Shown here in pieces: positions 13,225 through 25,443 of a stretch of DNA of 64,000 bases. The stretch is from Eledone cirrhosa (Eukaryota): NCBI GenBank assembly GCA_964016885.1, contig OZ024742.1, positions 278,008,001-278,072,000 of the forward strand, in the 5' to 3' direction. The first letter of the stretch is position 1. Every line of letters starts with the position of its first letter. The notes beneath the pieces are model-generated. The model ran no database searches. It had not been told where the DNA came from and saw nothing but the letters and a program-made list of their open reading frames with translations. Made by a program: the position numbers and the translations under genes.

Positions 13225-15904
13225 TCTTTGAGTCTAAGTCATTGATGTTAGTTAACTGGAAAGTTTGTTGAAATGAATATCAAGCCACTACCTGCGGCCT
13301 CTGATATTCAGGACGTATCGGAGGGTTCTTGCTGTTCCCAGCAAGCATGCCTTTTGAAGCGTTCCAAAAAGCGTGAAGGGGCCAATTTTATTTAACCATC
13401 CCTGGAAACCTTTTGAGATAGTACCTAGTGCGCCTATGACAATCGGGACCACTTTGACTTCATGGCAGTTCCAAATCCTTTTTACCTCCCACTTTAAGTC
13501 CTGGTATCGGTTAATTTTCTCCCTCTCCTTCTCTTGCACTCTCGTGTCGAATGGGCAGGCCACATCCACAATCAGGCACGATCTTTTTCTTTGTCCACAA
13601 CCACCACGTCAGGTCTATTGTGTTCCAGTTTCTTGTCCGTCTGTATCCTAAAATCCCACAGCACCTTCACCTGATCGTTTTCCATCACCGACTCTGGCTT
13701 ATGCTCATACCACTTCTCAGAATGTGGTAAATTGTTTACTTTGCATAAGTACCAGTGGATCACCCTGCCCATCACATCATGTCTCCAGCCCTTATAGTGA
13801 GTCTGGGCTAGGTGTTTACACTCGGATACAATGTGAGCCACAGTCTCCTCTCTCTCTCCACAGATCCTGCACAGTGGGCTAGCCTCCTCCTTGTAAATAT
13901 GGTGTTTCAACCACTTCGTTTTGAGGGCCTGCTCCTGCGCAGCCATTAACATTCCTTCTGTAGCCTTTTTAAGGTCTCCTCTTTTCAACCAGTTCCATGT
14001 CTGTGGATCTCTGAATTCAGTTTTCTCAAAGAAGGTACTATGAAGGGATTTTACTTGAAGGCTGCTCTTTCTACTTGATGATATTTCCTCCTTGGACATC
14101 CCCTGGTCTATTGTCCCCTCCTTCAGTACAGTTCTGAGCATTGGCTCCTTACTATCAGTCACGTATTTGTGTAGGTTGTTTTTCTCCATCTGAACACAGT
14201 CCTCTATGCTGATAAGACCTCTTCCACCTTCAGATCTCCTTAAGTAGAGTCTATCGACATCACTCCTCTTGTGGAACATGTAGATAATCAATAGCTTCCT
14301 AGTCTTCCTATCCATTTCTTTTTGCTCAGCAACATTCCATCTCAGAATTCCCGCACTGTACCTAATAATAGACACAGCTCGGGAATTTACTGCACTTATG
14401 GCATTCCTACTGTTCAGATGTGACTTTAGTACGCTCGTTACTCTCCGAATGTATTCAGTTCTTATCAATTCCTTCATTTTTTTTGTTCTTGATGTCATCA
14501 GCCTCCAGAACACCCAAATACTTGTATCCTTTTTCAGAGTCAATTTCCTTTATCATCTCACCTGTTGGTACCTGGATTCCGTTACTTCTGCTCAATGTAG
14601 CCATCTTCATCACAAGGACTCCACACTTACTAATACCAAATTGCATACATATATCATTGCTGAAAATACGGACAGTGTCAACAAGCACATCCAACTCCTT
14701 CTCACTCTTCTCGAAGAGCTTAAGTTCGTCCATGAAGAGGAGGTGACTGATGGTAAGCCCTCCCTTTTCCAACCTGTATCCTGCTCTCACTTTTCGCAGT
14801 ACACTGGTCAGGGCATCAGGGCAAGGACAAACAACAGAGGGGACAGACTATCTCCCTGGAAGATACCTCTCTTGATCTTCACGCTTCCCAAGGGTTCTCC
14901 AGTTGATGTTAACTCTGTTTGCCAGGACTTCATACTTTCGCCCAACAACTGTCTGATGTTATCTGCCACCTTGAAGATCTCCAGGCTTTTGGTGATCCAA
15001 GAATTAGGCACCATGTCAAATGCCTGTTTGTAGTCTATCCATCCCATGGCAAGACCAGTGTGTCTCCTCTTGAAAATCCTCATTACCATCTTATCAATAA
15101 GTATCTGGTCCTTTGTACCACGTGACTTCTTTCGGCATCCTTTCTGTTCGACCGGTAACAAGTTGTTTGTGTGGAGGTGATTATAGATTTCCTCAGACAT
15201 AATGCTTGTCAACAGTTTTCACATTACGGACAGACATGTGATAGGTCTATAGTTGGTAACATCATTACCCTTGATTCGGTCTTTCATTATCAGAACTGTG
15301 GTACCTTTTGTCAACCACTCTGGTACCTCACCGGACATCAAGCAGTCATTGAACATGGTTGTCAGTTTCGGGTGGAGGGATGTTATATTTTTAATCCAAT
15401 ACCCCTGCACACCATCTGGGCCTGGTGATTTCCAGTGGCTTAGTTTTTTGGCCTGCCCCTTAAGAGTTTCAACTGTGATACTCAAATCAGTTTGTTGGTG
15501 TGCCTGTTCACTAATCTCCTTCCGTACTGTCTCAATCCACACTGCCTGTCATTATGTTTAACATCCTGCTCCCATATTCCTCTCCAGAATGTTTTAGTTT
15601 GTTCCGCCTCAGGGATCAAGTCGTTGCCTCTTTCTTTCCCTTCAAGCTGTCCAAACAGCATTTTCTGGTTGTTGTCGAACATGCGGTTCTGTCTATACTG
15701 ACTGACTGTTCTCGTATCGCTTGATTTTTGCACTCTTTGTTACAATGCGTTGCTTCAGTTCCTCAATGATAATATTTAGCTTTTTCCTGCTAGTTTTGTA
15801 CTTTATTTCCAGTCTATTTTTAGTGTCTATGTTTTTTAGTGTCCCATTCAGTAGGGACTCAAGCTTTCCAATGTCATTTCTCATTTCCCTCATTTGACCA
15901 CTCA
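13225..15904 (-). mobile_element. R4/Dong-type LINE, 5'-truncated frameshifted copy B
   Basis: RT ([46 protein letters not shown]), CCHC (CRICGEREETVAHIVSEC), RHD and PD-D/ExK RLE motifs. Confidence 0.92.
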
Positions 15905-15908
15905 TTAT

Positions 15909-16304
15909 TGTTCTTCGAGTCTCAGTCATTGATGTTAATTAACTAGAAAGTTTGTTGAAATGAATATCAAGCCACTACCTGCGGCCTCAGATATTCAGGA
16001 CGTATCGGAGGGTTCTTGCTGTTCCCAGCAAGCATGCCTTTTGATGTGTTCCAAAAAGCGGGGCGGGGCCAATTTTCTTTAACCATCCCTGGAAACCTTT
16101 TGAGATAGTACCTAGTGCGCCTATGACAATCGGGACCACTTTGACTTCATGGCAGTTCCAAATCCTTTTTACCTCCCACTTTAAGTCCTGGTATCGGTTA
16201 ATTTTCTCCCTCTCCTTCTCTTGCACTCTCGTGTCGAATAGGCAGGCTACATCCACAATCAGGCACGATCTTTTTTCCCTTGTCCAAAACCACCAGGTCA
16301 GGTC

Positions 16305-16306
<2 letters not shown>
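15909..16306 (-). mobile_element. R4/Dong-type LINE 3' fragment, copy C
   Basis: RLE C-terminus plus 3' UTR; (TTA)n at its 5' junction. Confidence 0.9.
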
Positions 16307-16335
<29 letters not shown>

Positions 16336-16345
16336 GTTATTGTTA

Positions 16346-17102
16346 TTCCTTGAATCTCAGTCATTGATGTTGGTTAACTGGAAAGTCCGTTGGATTGAAT
16401 ATCAAGCCACTACCTGCAGCCTCAGATATTCAGGACGTATCGGAGGGTTCTTGCCGTTCCAAGCAAGCATGCCTTTTGAAGCGTTCCAAAAAGCGTGAAA
16501 GGGCCGATTTTCTTTAACCATCCCTGGAAACCTTTGGAGATAGTCCCCAGTGCGCCTATGACAATCGGGATCACTTTGACTTCATGGCAGTTCCAAATCC
16601 TTTTCACCTCCCACTTTAGGTCCTGGTATCGGTTAATTTTCTCCCTCTCCTTCTCTTGCACTCTCGTGTCGAACGGGCAGGCCACATCCACAATCAGGCA
16701 CGATCTTTTTTCTTTGTCCACAACCACCAGGTCAGGTCTATTGTGTTCCAGTTTTTTGTCCGTCTGTATCCTAAAATCCCACAGCACCTTCACTTGACTG
16801 TTCTCCATCACCGCCTCTGGCCTATGCTCATACCATTTCTCAGAATGTGGTAGATTGTTTACTTTGCACAGGTGCCAGTGGATCACCCTGCCCATCACAT
16901 CGTGTCTCCAGCCCTTATAGTGGGTCTGGGCTAGGTGTTTACACTCGGACACAATGTGAGCCACAGTCTCCTCTCTCTCTCCGCAGATCCTGCACAGTGG
17001 GCTAGCCTCCTCCTTGTAGATATGGTGCTTCAACCACTTCGTTTTGAGGGCCTGCTCCTGCGCAGCCATTAGCATTCCTTCTGTAGCCTTTTTGAGGTCT
17101 CC

Positions 17103-17103
<1 letters not shown>
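16346..17103 (-). mobile_element. R4/Dong-type LINE 3' fragment, copy D (CCHC + RLE open)
   Basis: ORF 16422-17174 contains CRICGEREETVAHIVSEC, WRHD, HNRPD; flanked by (TTA)n. Confidence 0.92.
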
Positions 17104-17148
<45 letters not shown>

Positions 17149-17155
17149 GTTGTTA

Positions 17156-19607
17156 TTCCTTGAATCTCAGTCATTGATGTTGGTTAACTGGAAAGTCCGT
17201 TGGAATGAATATCAAGCCACTACCTGCAGCCTCAGATATTCAGGACGTATCGGAGGGTTCTTGCTGTTCCAAGCAAGCATGCCTTTTGAAGCGTTCCAAA
17301 AAGCGTGAAAGGGCCGATTTTCTTTAACCATCCCTGGAAACTTTTGGAGATAGTCCCCAGTGCGCCTATGACAATCGGGATAACTTTGACTTCATGGCAG
17401 TTCCAAATCCTTTTCACCTCCCACTTTAGGTCCTGGTATCGGTTAATTTTCTCCCTCTCCTTCTCTTGCACTCTCGTGTCGAAAGGGCAGGCCACATCCA
17501 CAATCAGACACGATCTTTTTTCTTTGTCCACAACCACCAGGTCAGGTCTATTGTGTTCCAGTTTCTTGTCCGTCTGTATCCTAAAATCCCACAGCACCTT
17601 CACCTGATTGTTCTCCATCAACGCCTCTGGCCTATGCTCATACCATTTCTCAGAATGTGGTAAATTGTTTACTTTGCACAGGTGCCAGTGGATCACCCTT
17701 CCCATCACATCGTGTCTCCAGCCCTTATAGTGGGTCTGGGCTAGGTGTTTACACTCGGACACAATATGAGTCACAGTCTCCTCTCTCTCTCCACAGATCC
17801 TGCACAGTGGGCTAGCCTCCTCCTTGTAAATATGGTGCTTCAACCACTTCGTTTTGAGGGCCTGCTCCTGCGCAGCCATTAGCATTCCTTCTGTAGCCTT
17901 TTTGAGGTCTCCTCTTCTCAACCAGTTCCATGTCTGTGGATCTCTAAATTTAGTTTTCTCAAAGAAGGTACTATGAAGGGATTTTCCCCTAAGGCTGCTC
18001 TTTCTCCTTGATGTTATTTCCTCCTTGGACATCCCCTGGCCTACTGTCCCCTCCTTCAGTACAGTTCTGAGCATTGGCTCCTTACTATAGGTCACGTATT
18101 TGTATAGGTTGTTTTTCTCCATCTGAACACAGTCCTCTATGCTGATAAGACCTCTTCCAGCCTCAGATCTCCTTAGGTAGAGTCTATCGACATCACTCCT
18201 CTTGTGGAACATGTTGTAGATAGTCAATAGCTTCCTAGTCTTCCTATCCATTTCTTTTTGTTCAGCAACATTCCATCTCAGAATTCCCGCACTGTACCTA
18301 ATAATAGACACAGCTCGGGAATTTACTGCGCTTATGGCATTTCTGTTGTTCAGATGTGACTTCAATACGCTCCTTACTCTCCGAATGTATTCAGTTCTTA
18401 ACAATTCCTTCATTTTTTTGTTCTTTATGCCATCAGCCTCCAGAACGCCCAAATACTTGTATCCTTCCTCAGAGTCAATTTCCTTTATCATCTCACCTGT
18501 TGGTATCTGGATCCCGTTACTTCTGCTCAACCTACCCCTCCTCATCACAATGACTCCACATTTACTAATACCAAACTACATACATATATCACTGCTGAAA
18601 ATACGGACAGTGTCAACAAGCACATCCAACTCCTTCTCACTTTTCCCGAAGAGCTTAAGATCGTCCATGAAGAGGAGGTGATTGATGGTAAGCTCTCCCT
18701 TTCCCAACTTGTATCCTGCTCTCACTTTTCGCAGCATAATGGTCAAGGGCATCAGGGCAAGGACAAACAACAGAGGGGACAGGCTATCTCCCTGGAAGAT
18801 ACCTCTATTGATCTTCACGCTTCCCAAGGATACTCCAGTTGATGTCAACTCTGTCTCCCAGGACCCCATATTCCTGCCCAGCAACTGTCTGATGTTATCT
18901 GCCACCCTGAAGATCTCCAGGATTTTGGTGATCCAAGAATGAGGCACCATGTCAAATGCCTTTCTGTAGTCTATCCATCCCATGGCAAGATCAGTGTGTC
19001 TCCTCCTGCAATTCCCCATTACCATCTTATCAATAAGTAACTGGTCCTTTGTACCACGTGACTTCTTTCGGTATCCTTTCTGTTCGTCCGGCAACAAGTT
19101 GTTTGTGTGGAGGTGATGGTAGATTTCCTCAGACACAATGCTCGTCAACAGTTTCCACATTACGGACAGACATGTGATAGGTCTATAGTTGGTAACATCA
19201 TTACCCTTGATTCGGTCTTTCATTATCAGAACTGTGGTACCTTTTGTCAACCACTCTGGCACCTCACCCGACACCAAGCAGTCATTGAACATGGCCGTCA
19301 GCTTCGGGTGGAGGGATGTTAAATTTTTAATCCAATACCCCTGCACACCATTTGGGCCTGGTGATTTCCAGTTGGTTAGTTTTTTGGCCTGCCCCTTAAG
19401 AGTTTCAACTGTGATACTCAAATCAGTTTGTTGGTGTGCCTGCTCACCGATCTCCCTCTGTACTGTCTCAATCCACCCTGCCTGGACATTATGTCTAACA
19501 TCCTGCTCCCATATTCCTCTCCAGAATGTTTTAGTTTGCTCCGCCCCAGGGATCAAGTGGTTGCCTCTTTCTTTCCCCTCAAGCTGTCCAAACAGCATCT
19601 TCTGGTT
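17156..19607 (-). mobile_element. R4/Dong-type LINE, 5'-truncated copy E (RT-CCHC-RLE, one nonsense codon)
   Basis: ORFs 18576-19643 and 17232-18548 are in the same frame, separated by a stop at ~18577; FQGDSLSP and LFMDD RT motifs; flanked by (TTA)n. Confidence 0.93.
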
Positions 19608-19847
19608 ATTATTATTATTATTATTATTATTATTGAATGCCATGGTTGACGGAGGCTCGGCTCTGTAAGGTATAGTAATTTTTAACCGTTAAAACAATTG
19701 TAAATTGTTTAAAACTTGAACCAAATTGTTGATAAAGACACCCTCCTCCTCGTGAGAGGGGTCTTTCTGTCCGTTGTTTGGCCCTTCGGGGTTAAATAAC
19801 CAGTTATTGGGGTTTTGTACCCAAAATTTCATTTTAAACAAAAAAAC

Positions 19848-21478
19848 ATGGCTACCAAAAAGAAATTTCATACGTCACTCCCACTCATTCCGTCTTCTTC
19901 TTCCTCAATCATCACTACAGCAGAGAGAAGATTGTCTCTCTCCCTCCCTTCTTTAAATGTGTCTCTCTCCCTCCCTTCTCTTTCGCAAGTGACGAAAGAA
20001 AAGAAAAGTCTCGTGCAAAGCGTGCAAGGTTTCTCCACGACGACGACGACAGCGACGAAACAGGTGTGCGGGAAATACGAAAAGCCTTGGGGTCTGTGTG
20101 GCAGCGGAAAACGCACATCACCCGAGGCAAAAAATATGCCACCGTAGACGTACTTTTTGCCACACCCCAGGAGGCAAAGGCCCAATCAGTAGTGACCCTA
20201 AGGAGCGAGGAAATGGTGTTGGTGCCCTCCTACTGTGGGCAAAAAATTGTGAGGGTCAAACTGACCCACGTCCCCCCCGGAATGACCCCTTCTTGGCTGG
20301 CCGCGTCTGTCCTCGTCGGAATCGAGGACAAAACAACTGTACTGCAAGTACAGAAAAAAGTAAGAGAAGATTGGGTCGGCTCCTCCATTGAGATGCTAAT
20401 CCAAACCAACCAGGAGTGCATCGAAGCTATCCCGGATGTGATAGACTTCGATAACGGCACTCAACTGCCCATAAGTGTTGAGGGCAAACGCCCGAAATGC
20501 TTTCGCTGTGGATCGAAGACTCACCTCAGGGCCTTCTGCAACGAGAAGACCCTGAGAAAGGAGAAAACCCCCCTCCTTCCGAATCCGGCTCCACGGCTAC
20601 CAGCAACAGGACAAGCGGCAACCAGGAACGATAGGCCCGTGGCACCCATACCCACTCCACGGAAATCAAAAACAGCAGCAGCAGTGGAAATACTAACAAC
20701 AACAACAGCAATACCAAATGCAGCTGCAACAGAGACTCCAGTGCAAACATCACCAACAACAACAAGTGAAAGAGTGGAGTTGGTACCCCTCCCCGACCTC
20801 ACAGAATCAGACATGGAGTGTGAGGTGGGAGAGAGATGGCAAAAGGTCGTAAGAAGGCACAAACGCAGAAGCAGCGCATCGTCGCCTTTGAAAAGTGAGG
20901 AAAGAAATGAGAAAAGGGTAAAGTCTACTGCAAAGAGACCCACAGCAGCAACAACACCAACACCATCACCACCCACACTAGCGCCACCATCACCACCGGC
21001 GACAACCCCACCGCCAACAACACCTTCAACACCACCACCACAAGCACCAACATCGCAAACACAACAACAAAACACACACACCCAGCAACAACGACAAGAA
21101 AATAGCAGAACCACACCCCACCCCCAGAAAAACAAATGCACGGCAATAAATACACACAACAAGAAACTAATGACTTACATAATTGAACACACAGACATTT
21201 CACAACAGGACTACATAATACCAGCACCAATCAAAACGCCAACTAACATAAGACTGCTAAAAATAGCACAGAAACAATACACAAATATTAAAACGAAATT
21301 CCCCAACGCAGTTGGTGATTTCAGGGACCTAGGAGGAACCATCAATCGAAGAGTATACTCAGACATTCTCTTAGAAGAGCCGACGACCAGCCGAAGGGAC
21401 GATTCAACGGTCCCTTCACCAGACGATCAAGTGAAAAGGGATGTAAAAACCATCCCTCCTCTACCAAAAGTACGGTAA
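19848..21478 (+). pseudogene. ORF1 (gag-like, CCHC knuckle) of family A copy 1, frameshifted by a ~466-bp internal deletion
   Basis: ATG at 19848 (MATKKKF); the segment present at ~25680-26140 in copy 2 is missing; downstream frame 20066-21478 has CFRCGSKTHLRAFC. Confidence 0.85.
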
Positions 21479-21513
21479 GTGGTCTTTCCCATCTTTTCCA
21501 CTCTATTTTAAAC

Positions 21514-24500
21514 ATGACCTCACTCAGAATAGGCAGCATAAATGCGCGTGGCTTGGGGTCGTCATGGAAGCAGGGTCACCTGCTCAACGACCTCAGGTCA
21601 CTAAACATAGATGTAGTGGCCATCAGCGAGACCAGAATCTCCGAAGCACGGGCCTTCGCACCGATCTTCGGCGGCTTCGATGTGTACGCATCTCCCAGCC
21701 GTCCTGGATCCGGTGGAGGAGTTGCTGTGCTTTTTCGGAGAGGTTTGGATCTCGCCATACGGGCCATCTTCCTGGACCCAGAGGGTAAGCTGGTGGTGCT
21801 GGACGTGACCAGCGGAGACGGGCAAGCTTTCAGGCTAGTGGCCGTCTATGCCCCGACAGGAGCAGGGCGGCCTGATTTCTTCCGGCGTCTGGAGACCTTT
21901 CTTGGAACGTCCCGCTCTTTAGTGTTAGTGGGCGACTGGAACGGGATCTTAGATGCACGCTGGGACTGTGTGGGATTAGCGGATAGGGGTGGAGGGTGCA
22001 AGAGCCTCACCAACCTGCTCAGGCGTTTTGAACTGTCTGACAGGTACCGATTGGATTTCCCGAATGTGCCAATGTGGACTTGGACAAACCGCATAGGGTC
22101 ATCCAGATCATATCTAGATAGAGTATTTTGTAGGGAAATAGATAGGTCTAGCATAGGCTGTCCACAATTCAAGATAGTCAGCTACACGGACCACAAATTC
22201 GTGATCTGTGTGCTTGACTTAGATAGGCTTCATAGACGAGGACCCGGCTACTGGAAGCTAAACGCGTCCTTACCAGCGCGCAAGGCCTACAGAGACCGGA
22301 TTAGCGAACTAGTTAAGCGGGCGTTGACGGGGGCCATCGTCAACAACAAGTGGTGGTTTGCTCTGAAAAGAGCGATTAGAATAGAATCGATTAGGTTTAG
22401 TAAGGCTTTAGCAATAGAGAAAAATAGAGCAGAGGGAGAACTAGTTAGAAAATTAGACGAGGCGCTTAGCAAAGGCATTGCGACCGACGTGCTTGCGGCG
22501 AAATTGGCCCTTGACCAATTCTTCAATGCAAAGCACGAAGGCTGCGTTGTCAGAGCTAGGGTGCGTGCTCTCAGACACGAGGGGACGAAAGCCGTTCAAT
22601 GGGCCCGAGTGGCGGAGGCGCGTCGTGGCAACAAAGCCACGATCCGGTCTTTGGTGGACCACGACGGGCGCATGCTACTCGATCCCGGGCAAATGTGTGA
22701 AGCTTTTCAGCGACACTTCGCTCAGCTGTTCGGGGGCAGCGGGGGGCCGGGTAGAGGGATGGACTTTAGTGTCTACCTCGACGGACTGCCGCGGCTCTCG
22801 GCCACTGAGGCGAAGTGTTGCGAAAAGCCGATAACAGCCGCTGAAGTACGGGAGGCAATGACTGGCTGCACAAGGGGTAAATCGCCTGGTTTGGATGGTC
22901 TGCCCTATGAACTTTACGTACAGATGCCAGACTTGTTCGGAGGCCTCTTGGCGGACGTCTACTGCAACTGGCAACAGAACGGGAGAATTCCCAGTTCTGT
23001 GAGCCGAGGAGCGGTGGCACTGCTGAGAAAGGATCCGAACAAGGGGGATAACATAGACAATTTCCGGCCCATAACTCTGCTAAACACAGAGTTTAAGATT
23101 TTGGCCAAGGTGCTAGCAAAGAGGTTGGCGCTTGTCGTTGGTGGTCTGGTGGGAGAGGCGCAGACATGCGCCATTCCCGACAGATCCATCCACGACAACC
23201 TCCACCTCATGCGATACATCGTAGAGAGGGTAGCTAGGGAACCTGGCACGGGTGGGTCCTTGATCAATTTAGATCAGTCGAAAGCTTTCGATAGGGTCGA
23301 CCATCGTTACCTAGCGGCAGTCCTGAGGGCGGCTGGCTTTGGGCCCGTCTTCAGAGGCTGGATCGCTGCCATGCACAGCGACATCTGCTCTGTGGTGAGA
23401 GTGAACGGTCACCTGTCGGAACCGTTCAACATCATGCGTTCGGTCCGCCAAGGATGTCCCCTCTCGTCCCTCTTGTACGTATTGACTCTCGAGCCATTAC
23501 TGCACAAACTGGAGACGTTGAGGGGAGTCCCGCGCGAACTAGGATGCGGAAGATCCGTGTCAGCATATGCGGACGATGTCACCGTAGTGGTGTCGAACGC
23601 CAAACACATCGAGGCGATCGGCACTACACTAAGAGAATACGAAGCGGTGACAGGAGCAATGATCAACCAGGAAAAGTCAGTGGGCCTGCAGCTCGGCACC
23701 TGGAGAGGCAGGTCCATGCCGTCCAACAGCGTCGTCGGGCGCTGGACGGACGGACCGGTTAAATTGCTAGGGGTCTGGTTCGGTCCGGACCTCCAGACGG
23801 ACAAAAACTGGGACGAGGTGACGAGCAGGGTGGCTTCTCTCACCCAGAAATGGGCGGAGAGGAAGCTATCCCTGAAAGGTCGAGCGGAGGTGGCTAACGC
23901 GTACATCGCGTCTGTCATCTGCTACCGCCTAACCGTCGTACCTTGTCCTAAGCCTCGCCTGACTGCGCTGGAGCGTTTGCTCTTTCGCTTTTTGTGGAAG
24001 GGACGTGCTCCGATGGTCAGGCGGTCCATCTGTTGTCAACACCCGCTACGTGGAGGGCTGGGCATGCCGTGGCTGATGATGCGCAGGCACGCGCTCAGGC
24101 TACGACATCTCCACCTCTTCCTCGACGGTGATCAGGTGTGGTCGCCGTTTGCTAGACGCGTTTTTCCCCAGCTCGTTTCCTTGACGGAGCTGCAGTCCTG
24201 GGTCAAGCGAAGACCGAGAGGGAGCGCCTGGAGACTGGAATGTCTTCAGGCGCTCACAGCCCTCGACCAATCGGGCAATGTGATCGGTGGAAACTCCACC
24301 TCGGCGTTCTATAGAGGATTAGTGGAGGGGAAGAGCGACGACGTACTTGGGGAAACTCTAGGCGTCGACGAAAATCAACTAGCCAATCTCTTCGGAAGAA
24401 CTTTCGGGCCGGGGCCTATGGACAACTTCCAGAAATCTCTGGCCTGGCAGTGCTACCGAGGAGCCTTGCCAGTTCGGGATAAACTCTACAGGCATGGAGG

Positions 24501-24933
24501 TGCCGTCAGCCGGGCATGTCCGAGATGCGCGCAGGGCGACGAAACCGTCCTGCACGCACTCGTCCAGTGTCCGAAAATTGCTGACTTGTGGGTTTATGTC
24601 GAACACCTGCTGTCGCGTTTAGGACGGATCCAGCTATCATCTGAGTCTATCGTGAGGATTGCCCCGCCCTCCTCCTTTAGCCGGGAAGGGCAGGCAGTTT
24701 TTATCTGTCTGGTGGCCATGGCGAAAGAGATAGTATGGTGGACACGTTTGAAAGGGCTGAAGACGAGCACTTACCTCTTCGGTGATGCTCTGATTGACTT
24801 TTTCAAATTTCATTTGAAAAGGAAAATCAGAGTAGAGAAGGAAGTGCTCTCTTCCCAGCATTTTGTTGAAAGATGGGTGAGAGAAGCAAGAATGGCCCGA
24901 GTGAATGGGCCGACTCTGAGTATATATCTGTAA
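21514..24933 (+). CDS. ORF2: APE endonuclease - reverse transcriptase - CCHC, 1139 aa, intact
   Basis: SINARGL, ISET, AVYAP, GDWN, SYLD, TDH (APE); GYWKLN; KSPGLDG, FRPITLLN, LDQSKAFDRV, SVRQGCPLS, AYADD (RT); GGLG; CPRC...HALVQC. Confidence 0.95.
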   Translation: MTSLRIGSINARGLGSSWKQGHLLNDLRSLNIDVVAISETRISEARAFAPIFGGFDVYASPSRPGSGGGVAVLFRRGLDLAIRAIFLDPEGKLVVLDVTSGDGQAFRLVAVYAPTGAGRPDFFRRLETFLGTSRSLVLVGDWNGILDARWDCVGLADRGGGCKSLTNLLRRFELSDRYRLDFPNVPMWTWTNRIGSSRSYLDRVFCREIDRSSIGCPQFKIVSYTDHKFVICVLDLDRLHRRGPGYWKLNASLPARKAYRDRISELVKRALTGAIVNNKWWFALKRAIRIESIRFSKALAIEKNRAEGELVRKLDEALSKGIATDVLAAKLALDQFFNAKHEGCVVRARVRALRHEGTKAVQWARVAEARRGNKATIRSLVDHDGRMLLDPGQMCEAFQRHFAQLFGGSGGPGRGMDFSVYLDGLPRLSATEAKCCEKPITAAEVREAMTGCTRGKSPGLDGLPYELYVQMPDLFGGLLADVYCNWQQNGRIPSSVSRGAVALLRKDPNKGDNIDNFRPITLLNTEFKILAKVLAKRLALVVGGLVGEAQTCAIPDRSIHDNLHLMRYIVERVAREPGTGGSLINLDQSKAFDRVDHRYLAAVLRAAGFGPVFRGWIAAMHSDICSVVRVNGHLSEPFNIMRSVRQGCPLSSLLYVLTLEPLLHKLETLRGVPRELGCGRSVSAYADDVTVVVSNAKHIEAIGTTLREYEAVTGAMINQEKSVGLQLGTWRGRSMPSNSVVGRWTDGPVKLLGVWFGPDLQTDKNWDEVTSRVASLTQKWAERKLSLKGRAEVANAYIASVICYRLTVVPCPKPRLTALERLLFRFLWKGRAPMVRRSICCQHPLRGGLGMPWLMMRRHALRLRHLHLFLDGDQVWSPFARRVFPQLVSLTELQSWVKRRPRGSAWRLECLQALTALDQSGNVIGGNSTSAFYRGLVEGKSDDVLGETLGVDENQLANLFGRTFGPGPMDNFQKSLAWQCYRGALPVRDKLYRHGGAVSRACPRCAQGDETVLHALVQCPKIADLWVYVEHLLSRLGRIQLSSESIVRIAPPSSFSREGQAVFICLVAMAKEIVWWTRLKGLKTSTYLFGDALIDFFKFHLKRKIRVEKEVLSSQHFVERWVREARMARVNGPTLSIYL

Positions 24934-25180
24934 ACTAAAGGTGGAAAACTGGGAGAGGGCACTTGCCTTGGTGGTCAGGGTCATTGTGGCTTTTTACTGG
25001 GCTTTCTCCACAAATGTCCCTCCGAAGTCTCCCCCCTATTGGGGAATTTTTCATTGTTATTTTTGTTACATCCTCTGTTTTTGTTTTTTACACGCAGAAA
25101 TGCCCATTTGTACCGTCCTGCATTGTCCTGCACTGTCCTTAATGTCTACTTTATGTAAACCCTTGTGGTTAATAAAGAAA

Positions 25181-25227
<47 letters not shown>

Positions 25228-25443
25228 GAATGCCATGGTTGACGGAGGCTCGGCTCTGTAAGGTATAGTAATTTTTAACCGTTAAAACAATTGTAAATTG
25301 TTTAAAACTTGAACCAAATTGTTGATAAAGACACCCTCCTCCTCGTGAGAGGGGTCTTTCTGTCCGTTATTTGGCCCTTCGGGGTTAAATAACCAGTTAT
25401 TGGGGTTTTGTACCCAAAATTTCATTTTAAACAAAAAAACAAC

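Larger units (their letters stand above)
19635..25180 (+). mobile_element. Tx1-like (L1 group) LINE, family A copy 1, inserted in (TTA)n
   Basis: 5' end (ATT)n-GAATGCCATGGTTGACGG; ORF1 with zinc knuckle; intact ORF2; 3' end CCCTTGTGGTTAATAAAGAAA-(TTA)n. Confidence 0.92.

Noticed and set aside
20521-21162. 213-aa antisense ORF recurring in three Tx1 copies
   Set aside because: Shadow of the CA-rich ORF1 region; recurrence reflects copy identity.
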